IMG/VR virus record: IMGVR_UViG_3300033545_000001
Span: 32,001 to 96,000 of that record
DNA length: 64,000 nucleotides
Strand: one strand, 5' to 3'
Source: a virus
Position 1 is the first letter of the stretch; each line of letters starts with the position of its first letter. This document shows, in pieces, positions 8,822 to 17,780 of this stretch. A model generated the notes under the pieces. The model saw nothing but the letters and a program-made list of their open reading frames with translations, was not told the DNA's origin and made no database searches. Position numbers and translations under genes: made by a program.

Positions 8822-9811
8822 ATGTGGAGTCAGTTAACAGAAGCTGAGAAGTTGGATACTGCTAGAGAAGTTATCACAGCACTACGGGCAGCTGGCGAGA
8901 AGATCACTGGCCGAAATGTAGCAGAGCGTGTAGGGGCAGCTGAGAGAACAGGCCGTTCTTATCTCCAGAAGATTAAAGAGTGTTCAGGTGTTGAGGATTC
9001 TTTAGTTGGAACTCGCGATTTTCATAAACTTGAACATGTTAATTCAGAACCATCTGATCCTCAAGTTGCTTTTATTCTTCCTGACTGGCAAGTTGGCATG
9101 CATGATGCTGAGATCATTGAGAAGTCTTTGGCTCTTGCTGAGTATTTGCAGCCAGACAAGATTGTACATGTAGGCGATGAGAGTGATTGTACGGCTATCG
9201 GCCGTTGGGCTAAGGGCACCAAAGATGAGTGGGAGAGCAATCTGCAAGCTGAGATTGATACTACTCATGATTATTTAAGCCAGTTCCGTGATGTTTGTCC
9301 TCAGGCAACTTTCGATATCTGCTTCTCTAATCATATGCAGAGATTTGCAAATAGCATTGATACTCGTATTCCAGGCTTTAGAACATTAAGAGCCTTGACT
9401 ATTGAGTCTCTTTACGGCCTTCCTGAATTAGGGATCGAGATGCGCTACCAGCCGTTTGATCTTTTTCCTGATGTTATTGCAGCTCACGGGCATCAGTATG
9501 GCTTAACTTCTGCCGGACAGTATCAGAAGGGTTCTCAAGTTGTTAAGACTGCTGGCAAGAGCTTAATTGCTGGACATACTCACAGGCCAATTCTGGCTTC
9601 AGTAGCCCGAGGTTACAATGCTGACATGAGCACTGACTTTTACTTAAATGTAGGGTGCGCTATGGACTTTGACTCAGCAACATATATTTCCAGTCGACAG
9701 CCCGAGTGGGGCTTTGGCCTAGGCATTATTAGGCATGAGAATGGCATCAGTTATCCTGAGTTACTTATCGCTAGAGGAAGAAACTTTTATTACGACGGTC
9801 TTAAGTTCTAA
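8822..9811 (+). CDS. Calcineurin-like metallophosphoesterase with N-terminal HTH
   Basis: ILPDWQ, HVGDESD, SNH, AHGH, AGHTHR motifs. Confidence 0.85.
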   Translation: MWSQLTEAEKLDTAREVITALRAAGEKITGRNVAERVGAAERTGRSYLQKIKECSGVEDSLVGTRDFHKLEHVNSEPSDPQVAFILPDWQVGMHDAEIIEKSLALAEYLQPDKIVHVGDESDCTAIGRWAKGTKDEWESNLQAEIDTTHDYLSQFRDVCPQATFDICFSNHMQRFANSIDTRIPGFRTLRALTIESLYGLPELGIEMRYQPFDLFPDVIAAHGHQYGLTSAGQYQKGSQVVKTAGKSLIAGHTHRPILASVARGYNADMSTDFYLNVGCAMDFDSATYISSRQPEWGFGLGIIRHENGISYPELLIARGRNFYYDGLKF

Positions 9812-9822
9812 GAGAGGTAACA

Positions 9823-11262
9823 GTGGCTTCTGCGGCCGAAAATGCTCGCACACTTTTTGCAGCTATCGTTCCCAATAGGCGAGATTTACTTGAAAAGGCT
9901 ATTGCTGATCTAAGTCCAGAGCATTTCCATGATGAGACATGGCGAAACATGTTCATTGTCTTTCAATGGTATTACCAAATTGCTGGGGATGTACTTACTA
10001 AGAAGGCTCTTTCTGATGCTCTTGCTAAACTTCCCAGTAGTGATACTGGGAAGGTTCGTACTTATGAGGCTATTTATGATGGGTTAGAAGCACAGAGTGC
10101 TTCTGAAGCTGACTTTAGATGGTCTCTTGAGCAGATTAAGGATAAGTACGCTCATAATGCTACCCGAGATGAAATTCTTGAAGCCATGCAGGTATTACAA
10201 CATGGTATTCAAGATTCCAAAGGTGCGGAAATTAAGGGCCATGCTGCTGCACGAGAACGTCTTATGGCCAAGTTCGGACAGATTGATCTTCGTCTTAATG
10301 TTCAAGAGGCTCCTGATGGAGATGCTAGGGATGAAGAAGATGACATTCTTAAAGATTATGCTGATAAGAAGGCAATTCATCTATCTGGAACCAGTCCAGG
10401 TATTCAAATTGGCGTTCCTGCGCTAGATAAATACGTTGGAGGATTTCAACCTGGAGAACTTGACTTCGTACTAGGATATTCCAGTTCTGGCAAGACGAGT
10501 ATGTGTGTTCAAATTGCATGGTGGGCCTCTATTATGCAGAATATGAACGTAGTTTACGTTACAACTGAAACTCTTAGGCCTCAAGTACGTAGAAAAGTAA
10601 TTTCTAGACATTCAAAACTGCCTAAATTCGATATTACTGACGGTTTGAACTCTATAGATCTTAAGAGAGGCACTCTTTCTTCCTTGGAAGAGGATAAACT
10701 AAAGTTAGTAGTTAATGATTTCGCCAATAATCCAGAATATGGCGGATTTAGAATCATGCAGGCTTCTGAAGGAATGTCTATATCCAGTCTTAAGGTTAGA
10801 TTGCAGGCATTGCAGACTATAAAGCCTATTAATCTTGTTATTGTTGACGCTCTGTACATTTTAAAGTCCAATGAGCGAAGGCCTAATTCTAGAGATGAGC
10901 TTAATGAGACTATTCAGTCAGCTAAGAATCTAGCAACAACGTTTAATAATGGTAATGGTGTACCTATCATAACTCCGTGGCAGACTAGTCGAGAGCATAA
11001 GGAGCGTGCTGACAGAGATAAGCGTTACTCCATGGCAGCCATGGCAGAAACTGCTTATGCAGAACGCTTTGCCGATGTGGTTATCAGCCTGCTGGAACCT
11101 TCTCAGACTTCTAGGCACACAACTTTGTCAGCAGCTGTCATTAAGAATAGAGATGGAGAGCAATCTCCTAACATAGATATTGATGTTGACTATGCCACCA
11201 GTCATTTTACAGATTCTGGAAGAGTTGCCAATATGAGTACATCCAATCTGTTAGGCTTCTAA
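9823..11262 (+). CDS. dnaB: DnaB-like replicative helicase
   Basis: LDKYVGGFQPGEL, Walker A GYSSSGKT, LVIVDAL, ADVVISL, KNRDGE. Confidence 0.9.
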   Translation: MASAAENARTLFAAIVPNRRDLLEKAIADLSPEHFHDETWRNMFIVFQWYYQIAGDVLTKKALSDALAKLPSSDTGKVRTYEAIYDGLEAQSASEADFRWSLEQIKDKYAHNATRDEILEAMQVLQHGIQDSKGAEIKGHAAARERLMAKFGQIDLRLNVQEAPDGDARDEEDDILKDYADKKAIHLSGTSPGIQIGVPALDKYVGGFQPGELDFVLGYSSSGKTSMCVQIAWWASIMQNMNVVYVTTETLRPQVRRKVISRHSKLPKFDITDGLNSIDLKRGTLSSLEEDKLKLVVNDFANNPEYGGFRIMQASEGMSISSLKVRLQALQTIKPINLVIVDALYILKSNERRPNSRDELNETIQSAKNLATTFNNGNGVPIITPWQTSREHKERADRDKRYSMAAMAETAYAERFADVVISLLEPSQTSRHTTLSAAVIKNRDGEQSPNIDIDVDYATSHFTDSGRVANMSTSNLLGF

Positions 11263-11263
11263 G

Positions 11264-11302
11264 TCGATTGTCCCCTAAGAATCATTTATTTTCTTAGGGG
11301 AC
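11264..11302 (+). promoter_or_regulatory. Putative late promoter motif TCGAT plus RBS-occluding hairpin
   Basis: TCGATT then GTCCCCTAAGAA/TTCTTAGGGGAC stem ending 5 nt before ATG 11308. Confidence 0.6.
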
Positions 11303-11307
11303 TTTTT

Positions 11308-12396
11308 ATGTCTGAAAATACTAAGGCCGACCTTGAGGAAGTCCTAAGACTTGCCGCAGATGGGGCAGTAGCAGTTCAATCTTACCAGAAAACATCCACT
11401 TCTGGTAAATCTTTCCAAGTTAGTGCTGCCACGCGTGGTGCCCCTGGCCCAAAGAATGGTATTACCAATCCTGGTGGAGGCATTCGCTCTAGTCTGTCTA
11501 CTGGACGTTTGGCTAATGAGTCAGGCCATGAAGTAGGCGAAGCCATGGGGTCTCGTAATACTGTCACTGTTGGGTCTTCTGGCATTGGACGTTCTCCTTT
11601 GTCTCCATACGCTGCTGCTGGCGTTGCGACTCCTCCACATACTGCTGGAGCACTTGCAGCCGCCGCCAATGCTGCTACTGCTGGAGCGTCATTACAGGCT
11701 ACTGCTGTGGCCAATCAGGCAGCTTCTGCCGCTTCTGCCGCTTCTCGCGCAGCTACTGCAAGTTCAGCATCCAAGCCTTACAATTTTGTGAATTATCCCA
11801 GTACTGCAAAAACAGCTAAGACTCCGTACAATTTTACTACTTATCCTAAGTCTTCAAGTAGTGGAAGTTCCTCATCGTCATCTTCTGGAAGCTCTAAGTT
11901 AGCCAGCGCTTTGAGTATTGCTACTATAGGCATGAGAGCTGCTCGTCTCGGCCATTCAGGACTTGCTGGAGGGCATGGAGGTAACGGAGTGGGGAACGCT
12001 TTGAGCAGCATGGCTCAGAAGGCTCACGACACAGCGTCTAGAGATGCCAGTCAGACAGCCTCAGAGCATGCTAGCGAGACAGCATCACGCGATGCCCATG
12101 AAACAGCCTCTAGAGACGCTTCTAGGACCGCTTCAGAGCATGCCAGTGAGACGGCTGGGAGAGATGCTAGAAGGACTGCATCAGAACATGCCAGAGAAAC
12201 AGCTTCTAAGGATGCCAGAGAGACCGCTGAAAGAGATTCTCACAAAGCTGAAAGCGAAGTGACTAGTCTGACTATATCTCAGATTATTGACTTGCAGATT
12301 ATGCTAAGTCGTAAGGGATATCCTGTTAAAGTAGACGGCCGTCTTTCAAAAGAATTTATTGTTGTGGTGGATGCTTATCTGAAGGCAGCAAAATGA
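11308..12396 (+). CDS. Low-complexity Ser/Ala/Thr-rich repeat protein with possible C-terminal peptidoglycan-binding-like domain
   Basis: TASRDA/TASEHA repeats; C-terminal LQIMLSRKGYPVKVDG. Confidence 0.65.
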   Translation: MSENTKADLEEVLRLAADGAVAVQSYQKTSTSGKSFQVSAATRGAPGPKNGITNPGGGIRSSLSTGRLANESGHEVGEAMGSRNTVTVGSSGIGRSPLSPYAAAGVATPPHTAGALAAAANAATAGASLQATAVANQAASAASAASRAATASSASKPYNFVNYPSTAKTAKTPYNFTTYPKSSSSGSSSSSSSGSSKLASALSIATIGMRAARLGHSGLAGGHGGNGVGNALSSMAQKAHDTASRDASQTASEHASETASRDAHETASRDASRTASEHASETAGRDARRTASEHARETASKDARETAERDSHKAESEVTSLTISQIIDLQIMLSRKGYPVKVDGRLSKEFIVVVDAYLKAAK

Positions 12397-12698
12397 GTAT
12401 ATACACAGGCATGACCATAGCAGTTACAGTGGGAGCCTTTGATCAGGTAACTAAATTTCCTGTGTCAACTCCTGCTTGTACAGTTAATTTTTATGCTCCT
12501 CCAAAGAACCCAAGGCTGAATCCTACAGATCGAGTAGCCGATTATACGACTACTGGCACTTTCGATCCCAATCAGAATGTGTATGTAGCTACTATAAACA
12601 CAACTGGTTGGGTTGGAGGCACCTGGTACTACCAAGGCTTGTTGGACGATGGCGTTAATCAATCTTGGGAATATGGAACTTTCAATCTAGTTTCTTAG
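12393..12698 (+). CDS. Hypothetical beta-rich (Ig-like) protein, possibly structural
   Basis: ATGA overlap with the upstream stop; Thr/Tyr/Gly-rich. Confidence 0.6.
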   Translation: MSIYTGMTIAVTVGAFDQVTKFPVSTPACTVNFYAPPKNPRLNPTDRVADYTTTGTFDPNQNVYVATINTTGWVGGTWYYQGLLDDGVNQSWEYGTFNLVS

Positions 12699-12706
12699 GA
12701 CGTGTC

Positions 12707-12787
12707 ATGGGACAGCAAGTTAGTTACATTGCGTTAACAGTTAGGCCATACTTCGTGATCGAACTAGCCATAGTTGCGCTCACGTGA
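12707..12787 (+). CDS. 26-aa hydrophobic peptide
   Basis: AGGA RBS; MGQQVSYIALTVRPYFVIELAIVALT. Confidence 0.3.
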   Translation: MGQQVSYIALTVRPYFVIELAIVALT

Positions 12788-12802
12788 GAAGTCTGGTAGT
12801 AT
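12774..12802 (+). promoter_or_regulatory. Possible promoter for the rpf leader
   Basis: TTGCGC-N17-TAGTAT with TGG extension. Confidence 0.45.
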
Positions 12803-12815
12803 AACCCCTACGTGT

Positions 12816-12898
12816 CCTACCCGCCAGTCAACAGGGACTGGCACGCTAATTGAGGAACAGCATCTCCAGTAGCACAACCACACTGTAGCGTATGTAGG
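12816..12898 (+). ncRNA. Structured 5' leader of rpf (candidate cis-regulatory RNA)
   Basis: Nested stems CCTAC/GTAGG, GCCAGTC/GACTGGC, ACGCTA/TAGCGT, CAGT/ACTG. Confidence 0.45.
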
Positions 12899-12921
12899 CC
12901 CGCCGCTAAGGTAATCAACAT

Positions 12922-13512
12922 ATGTTGAAGTCCCGAGCTATCAAGCTAGTATCCGTCCCTCTCATTGCTGGCGCTGCTGTTCTAGTGTCAGGCGCTGCTG
13001 CTTTTGCAGATAGCGTAGTAGTACAACCGGGGGACACTATTTCAGGTATCGCAACTAAGGAAGGCATTTCCAACTGGGATCTCCTATACCAGGACAATCT
13101 TTCAGTTGTAGGTGCAAACCCTAACCTTATTTTCCCAGGTCAGGTTCTTCAAATTCCAGGGACTGGCGATACTTCAGCACCAGTAGCGTCAGTTGTAACA
13201 GTTCCACATGTTCATCACACTCAGCATACTAACAATTCAAGCAATACAAGTAATACTCCAGATCCAGTTTCTTCAATTAACTGGGATGCAGTGGCTCAGT
13301 GTGAATCGTCAGGGGATTGGTCAATTGACGATGGTAATGGTTTTTATGGCGGATTGCAATTCACAGAGTCCACTTGGCTCGCATATGGAGGCGGACAGTA
13401 TGCATCTTATGCTAATGAAGCTTCAAAGGCTGAGCAAGAGACTGTAGCGAATCGCGTTCTAGCAGGTCAGGGCATTGGCGCCTGGCCAGTATGTGGGCCA
13501 CGCGGGGAGTGA
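12922..13512 (+). CDS. rpf: Secreted resuscitation-promoting factor: signal peptide, LysM, Rpf transglycosylase
   Basis: AFA signal cleavage site; Lys[12 protein letters not shown]...[14 protein letters not shown]; Rpf [13 protein letters not shown]...YGGLQF...TW...[10 protein letters not shown]. Confidence 0.95.
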   Translation: MLKSRAIKLVSVPLIAGAAVLVSGAAAFADSVVVQPGDTISGIATKEGISNWDLLYQDNLSVVGANPNLIFPGQVLQIPGTGDTSAPVASVVTVPHVHHTQHTNNSSNTSNTPDPVSSINWDAVAQCESSGDWSIDDGNGFYGGLQFTESTWLAYGGGQYASYANEASKAEQETVANRVLAGQGIGAWPVCGPRGE

Positions 13513-13522
13513 TCCCTGAAGG

Positions 13523-13551
13523 TTGACAAATGTAGCTGAGGGAGGTATACT
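13523..13551 (+). promoter_or_regulatory. Sigma70-type promoter, probably giving a leaderless mRNA
   Basis: TTGACA-N17-TATACT, ATG 13558 six nt after the -10. Confidence 0.7.
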
Positions 13552-13557
13552 GCTGGC

Positions 13558-13812
13558 ATGGCACTTCCACCTTATAATCCGCTAGCAGGCACCTCCCTCA
13601 GTGACGTATGGTATCTTAAGCGCAAAGCCCCTGCTGGTCGAGTGGTACATCTTATCGATCCGATCGGGCTGGGACCTCTCTGTGATATCCCTTTGCGCAA
13701 TGACTGGATTTATATTCCAGAAGAAGATACTATGCGTACTTGTGCAAAATGTAGAGGTGTAGAGTCGCAACTGTCTCAAAGTCAGGAGATAGACAATGAA
13801 AGACTCAGATAA
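13558..13812 (+). CDS. Small putative zinc-binding protein
   Basis: H...LC...TCAKC. Confidence 0.6.
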   Translation: MALPPYNPLAGTSLSDVWYLKRKAPAGRVVHLIDPIGLGPLCDIPLRNDWIYIPEEDTMRTCAKCRGVESQLSQSQEIDNERLR

Positions 13813-14038
13813 TACAGATAATTCTCTTACTGTAGATACAGCTACCACGTCAGAAGTGGTATCTGCTCTTCAAGAAGAAGCTGATAAAACTCATGAGAGT
13901 TTTAAGCTGGCTCTTAACGATGATGATATAGATGCAACTGATGCAGCATACGTTACCTATCAGAATGTAGATAATAAGAGACTGCAATTCGATAGAGCTG
14001 TAGTAGCTGCGAAGGAAGTCCTTGATCCGTCCGAATGA
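13796..14038 (+). CDS. Hypothetical acidic protein
   Basis: AGGAG RBS, operon context. Confidence 0.65.
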   Translation: MKDSDNTDNSLTVDTATTSEVVSALQEEADKTHESFKLALNDDDIDATDAAYVTYQNVDNKRLQFDRAVVAAKEVLDPSE

Positions 14039-14618
14039 GTCAATTATAGACATAGCAAATAAGATAGTCCCACTGCGAATTGTACTTGGCATGACTAATA
14101 TCTATGTCTCAGAATTCACTTATGGCAAGTCTATTAAAGCTCGATGTCCCTACGCTGATATCTACCATCTGACTGAAGATGCTGGGAAGAGCATGAGAGT
14201 GTATTCTGATACTAATACTGCCTTCTGCTATATGGGATGCGGCGTATTGAAGCCTGTGTCTGTATATGCTAAGCTTAATGGAGTCTCTTATAAAGACTCC
14301 GCGAAGTTTCTGCTGGAGAAGGTAGGACATAAGCTCAAAACCTTCGATGAGAAATGGGCAGATGCTGTAAGTGATACAGGTCCCCTTAAGTTGGAAGGTT
14401 ATAGAGAAGCATTAGACGAGATATGTCTCCAGCATTCTCAAGGCCAGTGGGGGCATCTCAAATATATGAGTTCTATATCGTCCTCTTTTTCTCAATTGTT
14501 GAGTATACTAGATAAAGCTCAATCTTACGATGATGCAGATAAGTGGCTGGACATAGCTAAGCAGCATATGTTGAAGCAGATAGACAGGGAGAAGCATCTT
14601 GAACTATCCGAAACTTAG
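14022..14618 (+). CDS. Primase zinc-binding (CHC2-like) domain protein without TOPRIM
   Basis: CPY...H...SMRVYSDTNTAFCYMGCG. Confidence 0.7.
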   Translation: MIRPNESIIDIANKIVPLRIVLGMTNIYVSEFTYGKSIKARCPYADIYHLTEDAGKSMRVYSDTNTAFCYMGCGVLKPVSVYAKLNGVSYKDSAKFLLEKVGHKLKTFDEKWADAVSDTGPLKLEGYREALDEICLQHSQGQWGHLKYMSSISSSFSQLLSILDKAQSYDDADKWLDIAKQHMLKQIDREKHLELSET

Positions 14619-14799
14619 AAGCTGGCTGACAGTTACTGAAGTAGCAGGAATACTTAATGTGTCACGTCAAGCAGTGCATAAAATGATTTCTGAAGGATCT
14701 TTCAGCACTGTACACTACTTAGGTGGCATTGAGAAGCCTATCTATGTAATTAGTGAGCTGGATAATCTTCTACAATCCAAGGAGGCCAAAAGAACTTGA
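14599..14799 (+). CDS. Excisionase/MerR-like HTH DNA-binding protein
   Basis: WLTVTEVAGILNVSRQAVHKMISEG. Confidence 0.8.
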   Translation: MNYPKLRSWLTVTEVAGILNVSRQAVHKMISEGSFSTVHYLGGIEKPIYVISELDNLLQSKEAKRT

Positions 14800-15014
14800 A
14801 GACCGTACTTAGTGTAGGGGATGTTCTTGATAAGTTAAGCGTGAAGGATACTGTGGTTACAGCTTCTCTTTTAGGCCTGGCCTACCATGCTTATATATGC
14901 CATAACACACTTAAATTTACAGCTCATCAGCATAAAAATGGGCACGCTACTGTGAGTCTCGGCCATACTCAGGCAGATATTCCTTTCGGGTTTAGTGCTG
15001 GGGAGGGCGATTAG
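14796..15014 (+). CDS. Hypothetical protein
   Basis: Translationally coupled on both sides. Confidence 0.55.
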   Translation: MKTVLSVGDVLDKLSVKDTVVTASLLGLAYHAYICHNTLKFTAHQHKNGHATVSLGHTQADIPFGFSAGEGD

Positions 15015-15712
15015 TGAGAAGTAACTCAGATATAATTGATTTTCTATCTAAGCATCACCCATTCTCGTTGGTAAGCGGAGATATTGACAGTATTACAATA
15101 GATGATGTAGTAAGTAAGTGCAGTACTGTCCTTTTAATAGAGCCAGTTGACCTTCTCGTAGTAACTGAACTTAATCAAGCTGCTACAGAAGAAGTTTCTC
15201 AGTTTTGCTCTACTAAGCCGTTTGGCTCTATGAAGCTTGTGGTTATCAATCTTAATGATGCCACAGCAAAAGCACAGAGAGCTCTTCTTTCCATACTGGA
15301 AAGTGTTAATGGGTATTTAAAGATTGTATTGTTTAGCAATAACTCATCCATACCTGGTATAGAATCTCGTTGCCAGGTATATAGGTTAAATGATAGACAT
15401 TTACCATCAGAAGATTCAAAGACCAGAGTCTTGAAAGCCCTTGCCTCCACTTCTCTGGGGGAAAGGGCTATGTTAGAGGCTGTAGCTAAAGAGTGGACTA
15501 GTGAGGATACTCTAGTGCTAAAGGATTGGGCCTGCGAGCGTTTGTCTGGTAGGTATGTGGCATTTATGGAAGTTGAAGTAGAGAATATAGGACTGTCAAA
15601 GGATTTTGCACAGTCCCTGCTGGAGGCTTTAGCTGTATTAAAGGCAGTTGAGCCTAGAAAAGCAATAATGTCAGTAATGTTAGCCTACATAGTGGCGTCT
15701 AAAGGAATATAA
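15014..15712 (+). CDS. Clamp loader delta-prime-like subunit (degenerate AAA+)
   Basis: KLVVINLNDATAKAQRALLSILE and IESRCQ (SRC motif). Confidence 0.7.
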   Translation: MRSNSDIIDFLSKHHPFSLVSGDIDSITIDDVVSKCSTVLLIEPVDLLVVTELNQAATEEVSQFCSTKPFGSMKLVVINLNDATAKAQRALLSILESVNGYLKIVLFSNNSSIPGIESRCQVYRLNDRHLPSEDSKTRVLKALASTSLGERAMLEAVAKEWTSEDTLVLKDWACERLSGRYVAFMEVEVENIGLSKDFAQSLLEALAVLKAVEPRKAIMSVMLAYIVASKGI

Positions 15713-16089
15713 TGACTGATAGTGAAGTTCAAACAGCTGAAGAGCTGCCTGAAGGTACTCCAGAAGAGCTACAAACTCAATTAGAGACTCTTTTAAGTAA
15801 GAATACTGAGATTGAGCAGAGAATGGCAACTACTTTCGGTGCTGGAATGCAGCCTGCCGACAAAGTTAATATTCGTCTTAACTGTCTTATGAGTATGGTA
15901 CTTCCCCCAGAGTTGAGGGTGAAAGTTGAAATCATGACTCAGACAATGCTCTTTACAGTACTTGAAAATATGTACACTGAAGTAGAGAAGCAGTTTGAAG
16001 AGTTTAAGAAGCAACAAGCTCAGCAAGATCTACTTCGTGGAGTACGTGGGGTTGACCCCAGCGCTACAGGCAGTCCTCTAATTGGCTAA
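15712..16089 (+). CDS. Hypothetical helical protein
   Basis: Coupled ORF. Confidence 0.65.
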   Translation: MTDSEVQTAEELPEGTPEELQTQLETLLSKNTEIEQRMATTFGAGMQPADKVNIRLNCLMSMVLPPELRVKVEIMTQTMLFTVLENMYTEVEKQFEEFKKQQAQQDLLRGVRGVDPSATGSPLIG

Positions 16090-17011
16090 CTATGTTCAGT
16101 GGAGCACCTCCAAGAAGCTGGCTAGGGCCATCTGGGTTTACGGTTCAGAGGAAGCGCTGAGGCTGGAGGTCTCTGAGTACGTCAGGGACTCTGTTAGAGC
16201 CTCAGACCTGGATAAATTATCGTTCGATGCTTCCTCTAGTAGTGAGCGTAGAATCTGGGAAGCTTTGTATGAGAAGTCCCTGTCAGATGATTCCTTAAGG
16301 CTTATTGAAGTATCCAATGCAGACAAGTTGTCAGATTTCTCTAAATTAACTGAATGGTTAGCCAATCATTCAAGGCATAGTACAGAAACTACTATTCTTT
16401 TTACTTCAGTTGAAGATCCTCCAGTAACATTTAAGCCTCCTAAGGCCATAGCAGTTAAATGTATTATGCCTAAGTCTGAAGATAGGCTACAGTGGGCTAT
16501 GGCAGTCGGAGGATTGTCAGAAACCTCTGCAAGGAGGTTGGTAGAGTATAAGAATGGCAATTTAGAGGGAATAAGAGATGTTTGCCTTAAGATTAAGAGG
16601 CTACTTCCAGATCTAGAAGGAATAGAAGTCACTACTGAGACTCTGGAGTCTTTAGACGAGCAAACTCCGGCAGGATTAGTAGAATCTATACTTGAGAAGA
16701 ACAAGGCAGAAGCATTTGCAGCAGTTGCCAAGGTTCCCACAGATGGCATAGGCAGAATTTTGTCATCTCTTGAATACAATATCAATCTTATAGATAAGCT
16801 TAAGCCTATTATAGCAGCACTGCCTAGAGGTTCTAAACTGGAACCTATTACAGGGTTTCCTATGTCAAGAGTCTCTGATATAGCTCCTCTGACTAGAATA
16901 TACGATCAAAGAGAGCTGCTCAGGAGCCGACAGTTAGTAGTACTTATGGAGTCATACAATAGACAAGGCATTACTGAGGGGATCTTGGAATCCTTGATCT
17001 CTTTATGGTAA
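16082..17011 (+). CDS. Clamp loader delta (HolA)-like subunit
   Basis: IWVYGSEEAL N-terminus, SL.DD..RLIEV.NADKL, size and context. Confidence 0.6.
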   Translation: MANYVQWSTSKKLARAIWVYGSEEALRLEVSEYVRDSVRASDLDKLSFDASSSSERRIWEALYEKSLSDDSLRLIEVSNADKLSDFSKLTEWLANHSRHSTETTILFTSVEDPPVTFKPPKAIAVKCIMPKSEDRLQWAMAVGGLSETSARRLVEYKNGNLEGIRDVCLKIKRLLPDLEGIEVTTETLESLDEQTPAGLVESILEKNKAEAFAAVAKVPTDGIGRILSSLEYNINLIDKLKPIIAALPRGSKLEPITGFPMSRVSDIAPLTRIYDQRELLRSRQLVVLMESYNRQGITEGILESLISLW

Positions 17012-17042
17012 AGTCGATGGTAAGTATGTAGCACCGTAGTAC

Positions 17043-17071
17043 TAGACAAGTGGAGGCCAGTATGGTATTCT
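17043..17071 (+). promoter_or_regulatory. Promoter for the ncRNA-tRNA transcript
   Basis: TAGACA-N17-TATTCT with TGG extension. Confidence 0.55.
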
Positions 17072-17117
17072 GTTCTAGTGGACTTACGTCCCCCATCCCG
17101 GAAACTGTGGGGAGGTT

Positions 17118-17202
17118 GGGCCGAATGGCGATTATGCGTAGCATGTATCCTTCGGCTTAAGGGGTGATCCGCATATCCGCTGCGGGCTACGCTCGCGGTC
17201 GG
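17118..17202 (+). ncRNA. Unidentified GC-rich structured RNA abutting tRNA-Gln
   Basis: Stems CCGA/TCGG, GCGA/TCGC, GCGTAGC/GCTACGC, CCGCA/TGCGG. Confidence 0.5.
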
Positions 17203-17274
17203 TCTTCAGTGGTGTAATTGGCAGCACGAATGACTCTGAATCATTTAGTGGAGGTTCGAATCCTCCCTGGAGAG
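17203..17274 (+). tRNA. tRNA-Gln (anticodon CTG)
   Basis: Acceptor TCTTCAG/CTGGAGA, D arm GTGT/GCAC, anticodon arm AATGA-CTCTGAA-TCATT, T arm GGAGG-TTCGAAT-CCTCC; no encoded CCA. Confidence 0.93.
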
Positions 17275-17297
17275 CAGTTAACCTTGTAGGGAATCTC

Positions 17298-17750
17298 ATG
17301 GCAGTGGACATCGTTACTCTGGCAGAAGCCTTGGGCAGTTCTGGCCTTTCTGTGCTTCTCTGGAATTTGTGGAACTCCAAGAGAATAGAAAAGTCGGCAC
17401 GCAAGGCTGAAGCACGCAATGATAAGCGTGAACCTCTTATTGAACAAAGCATTAACCTGGGCAACGTTGTCAAGGTTACTGAACTCATGCGTCAAGGAAT
17501 TCAAGAACTCGAAGATTCCAAGCATCGTCTGTCAGATGATATGAAAATTATGCAAGGTAAGTTTGAAGATCGCATCATAGATCTTACTAATGAGAATGCT
17601 CGCATAAGACGAGAGTTTTTGGAACAGCATACACTTGACAGAGATACTATCAAGGAACTTCTATCTCAGATTGACAAGCTTAAAGCATTAACAACAGTAA
17701 ACGCTGAAGCAATAGAATCAAATAAAACAAAATTAGAGCTTCTGTCCTAA
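17298..17750 (+). CDS. Membrane-anchored coiled-coil protein
   Basis: N-terminal hydrophobic helix then heptads. Confidence 0.7.
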   Translation: MAVDIVTLAEALGSSGLSVLLWNLWNSKRIEKSARKAEARNDKREPLIEQSINLGNVVKVTELMRQGIQELEDSKHRLSDDMKIMQGKFEDRIIDLTNENARIRREFLEQHTLDRDTIKELLSQIDKLKALTTVNAEAIESNKTKLELLS

Positions 17751-17780
17751 GGCAGACTCGAATAAAACTAAGGAACATCT

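Noticed and set aside
12809-12921. c-di-AMP (ydaO) riboswitch before rpf
   Set aside because: Conserved segments such as GCTGAATCC, GGGGTGAAT and CCGTCAGCT are absent
14599-14799. Excisionase-like gene as evidence of lysogeny
   Set aside because: No integrase, repressor or attP is recognisable in the window; such HTH genes also occur in lytic phages
17132-17525. Minus-strand ORFs 17132..17488 and 17241..17525
   Set aside because: Antisense to the tRNA and the 17298 gene
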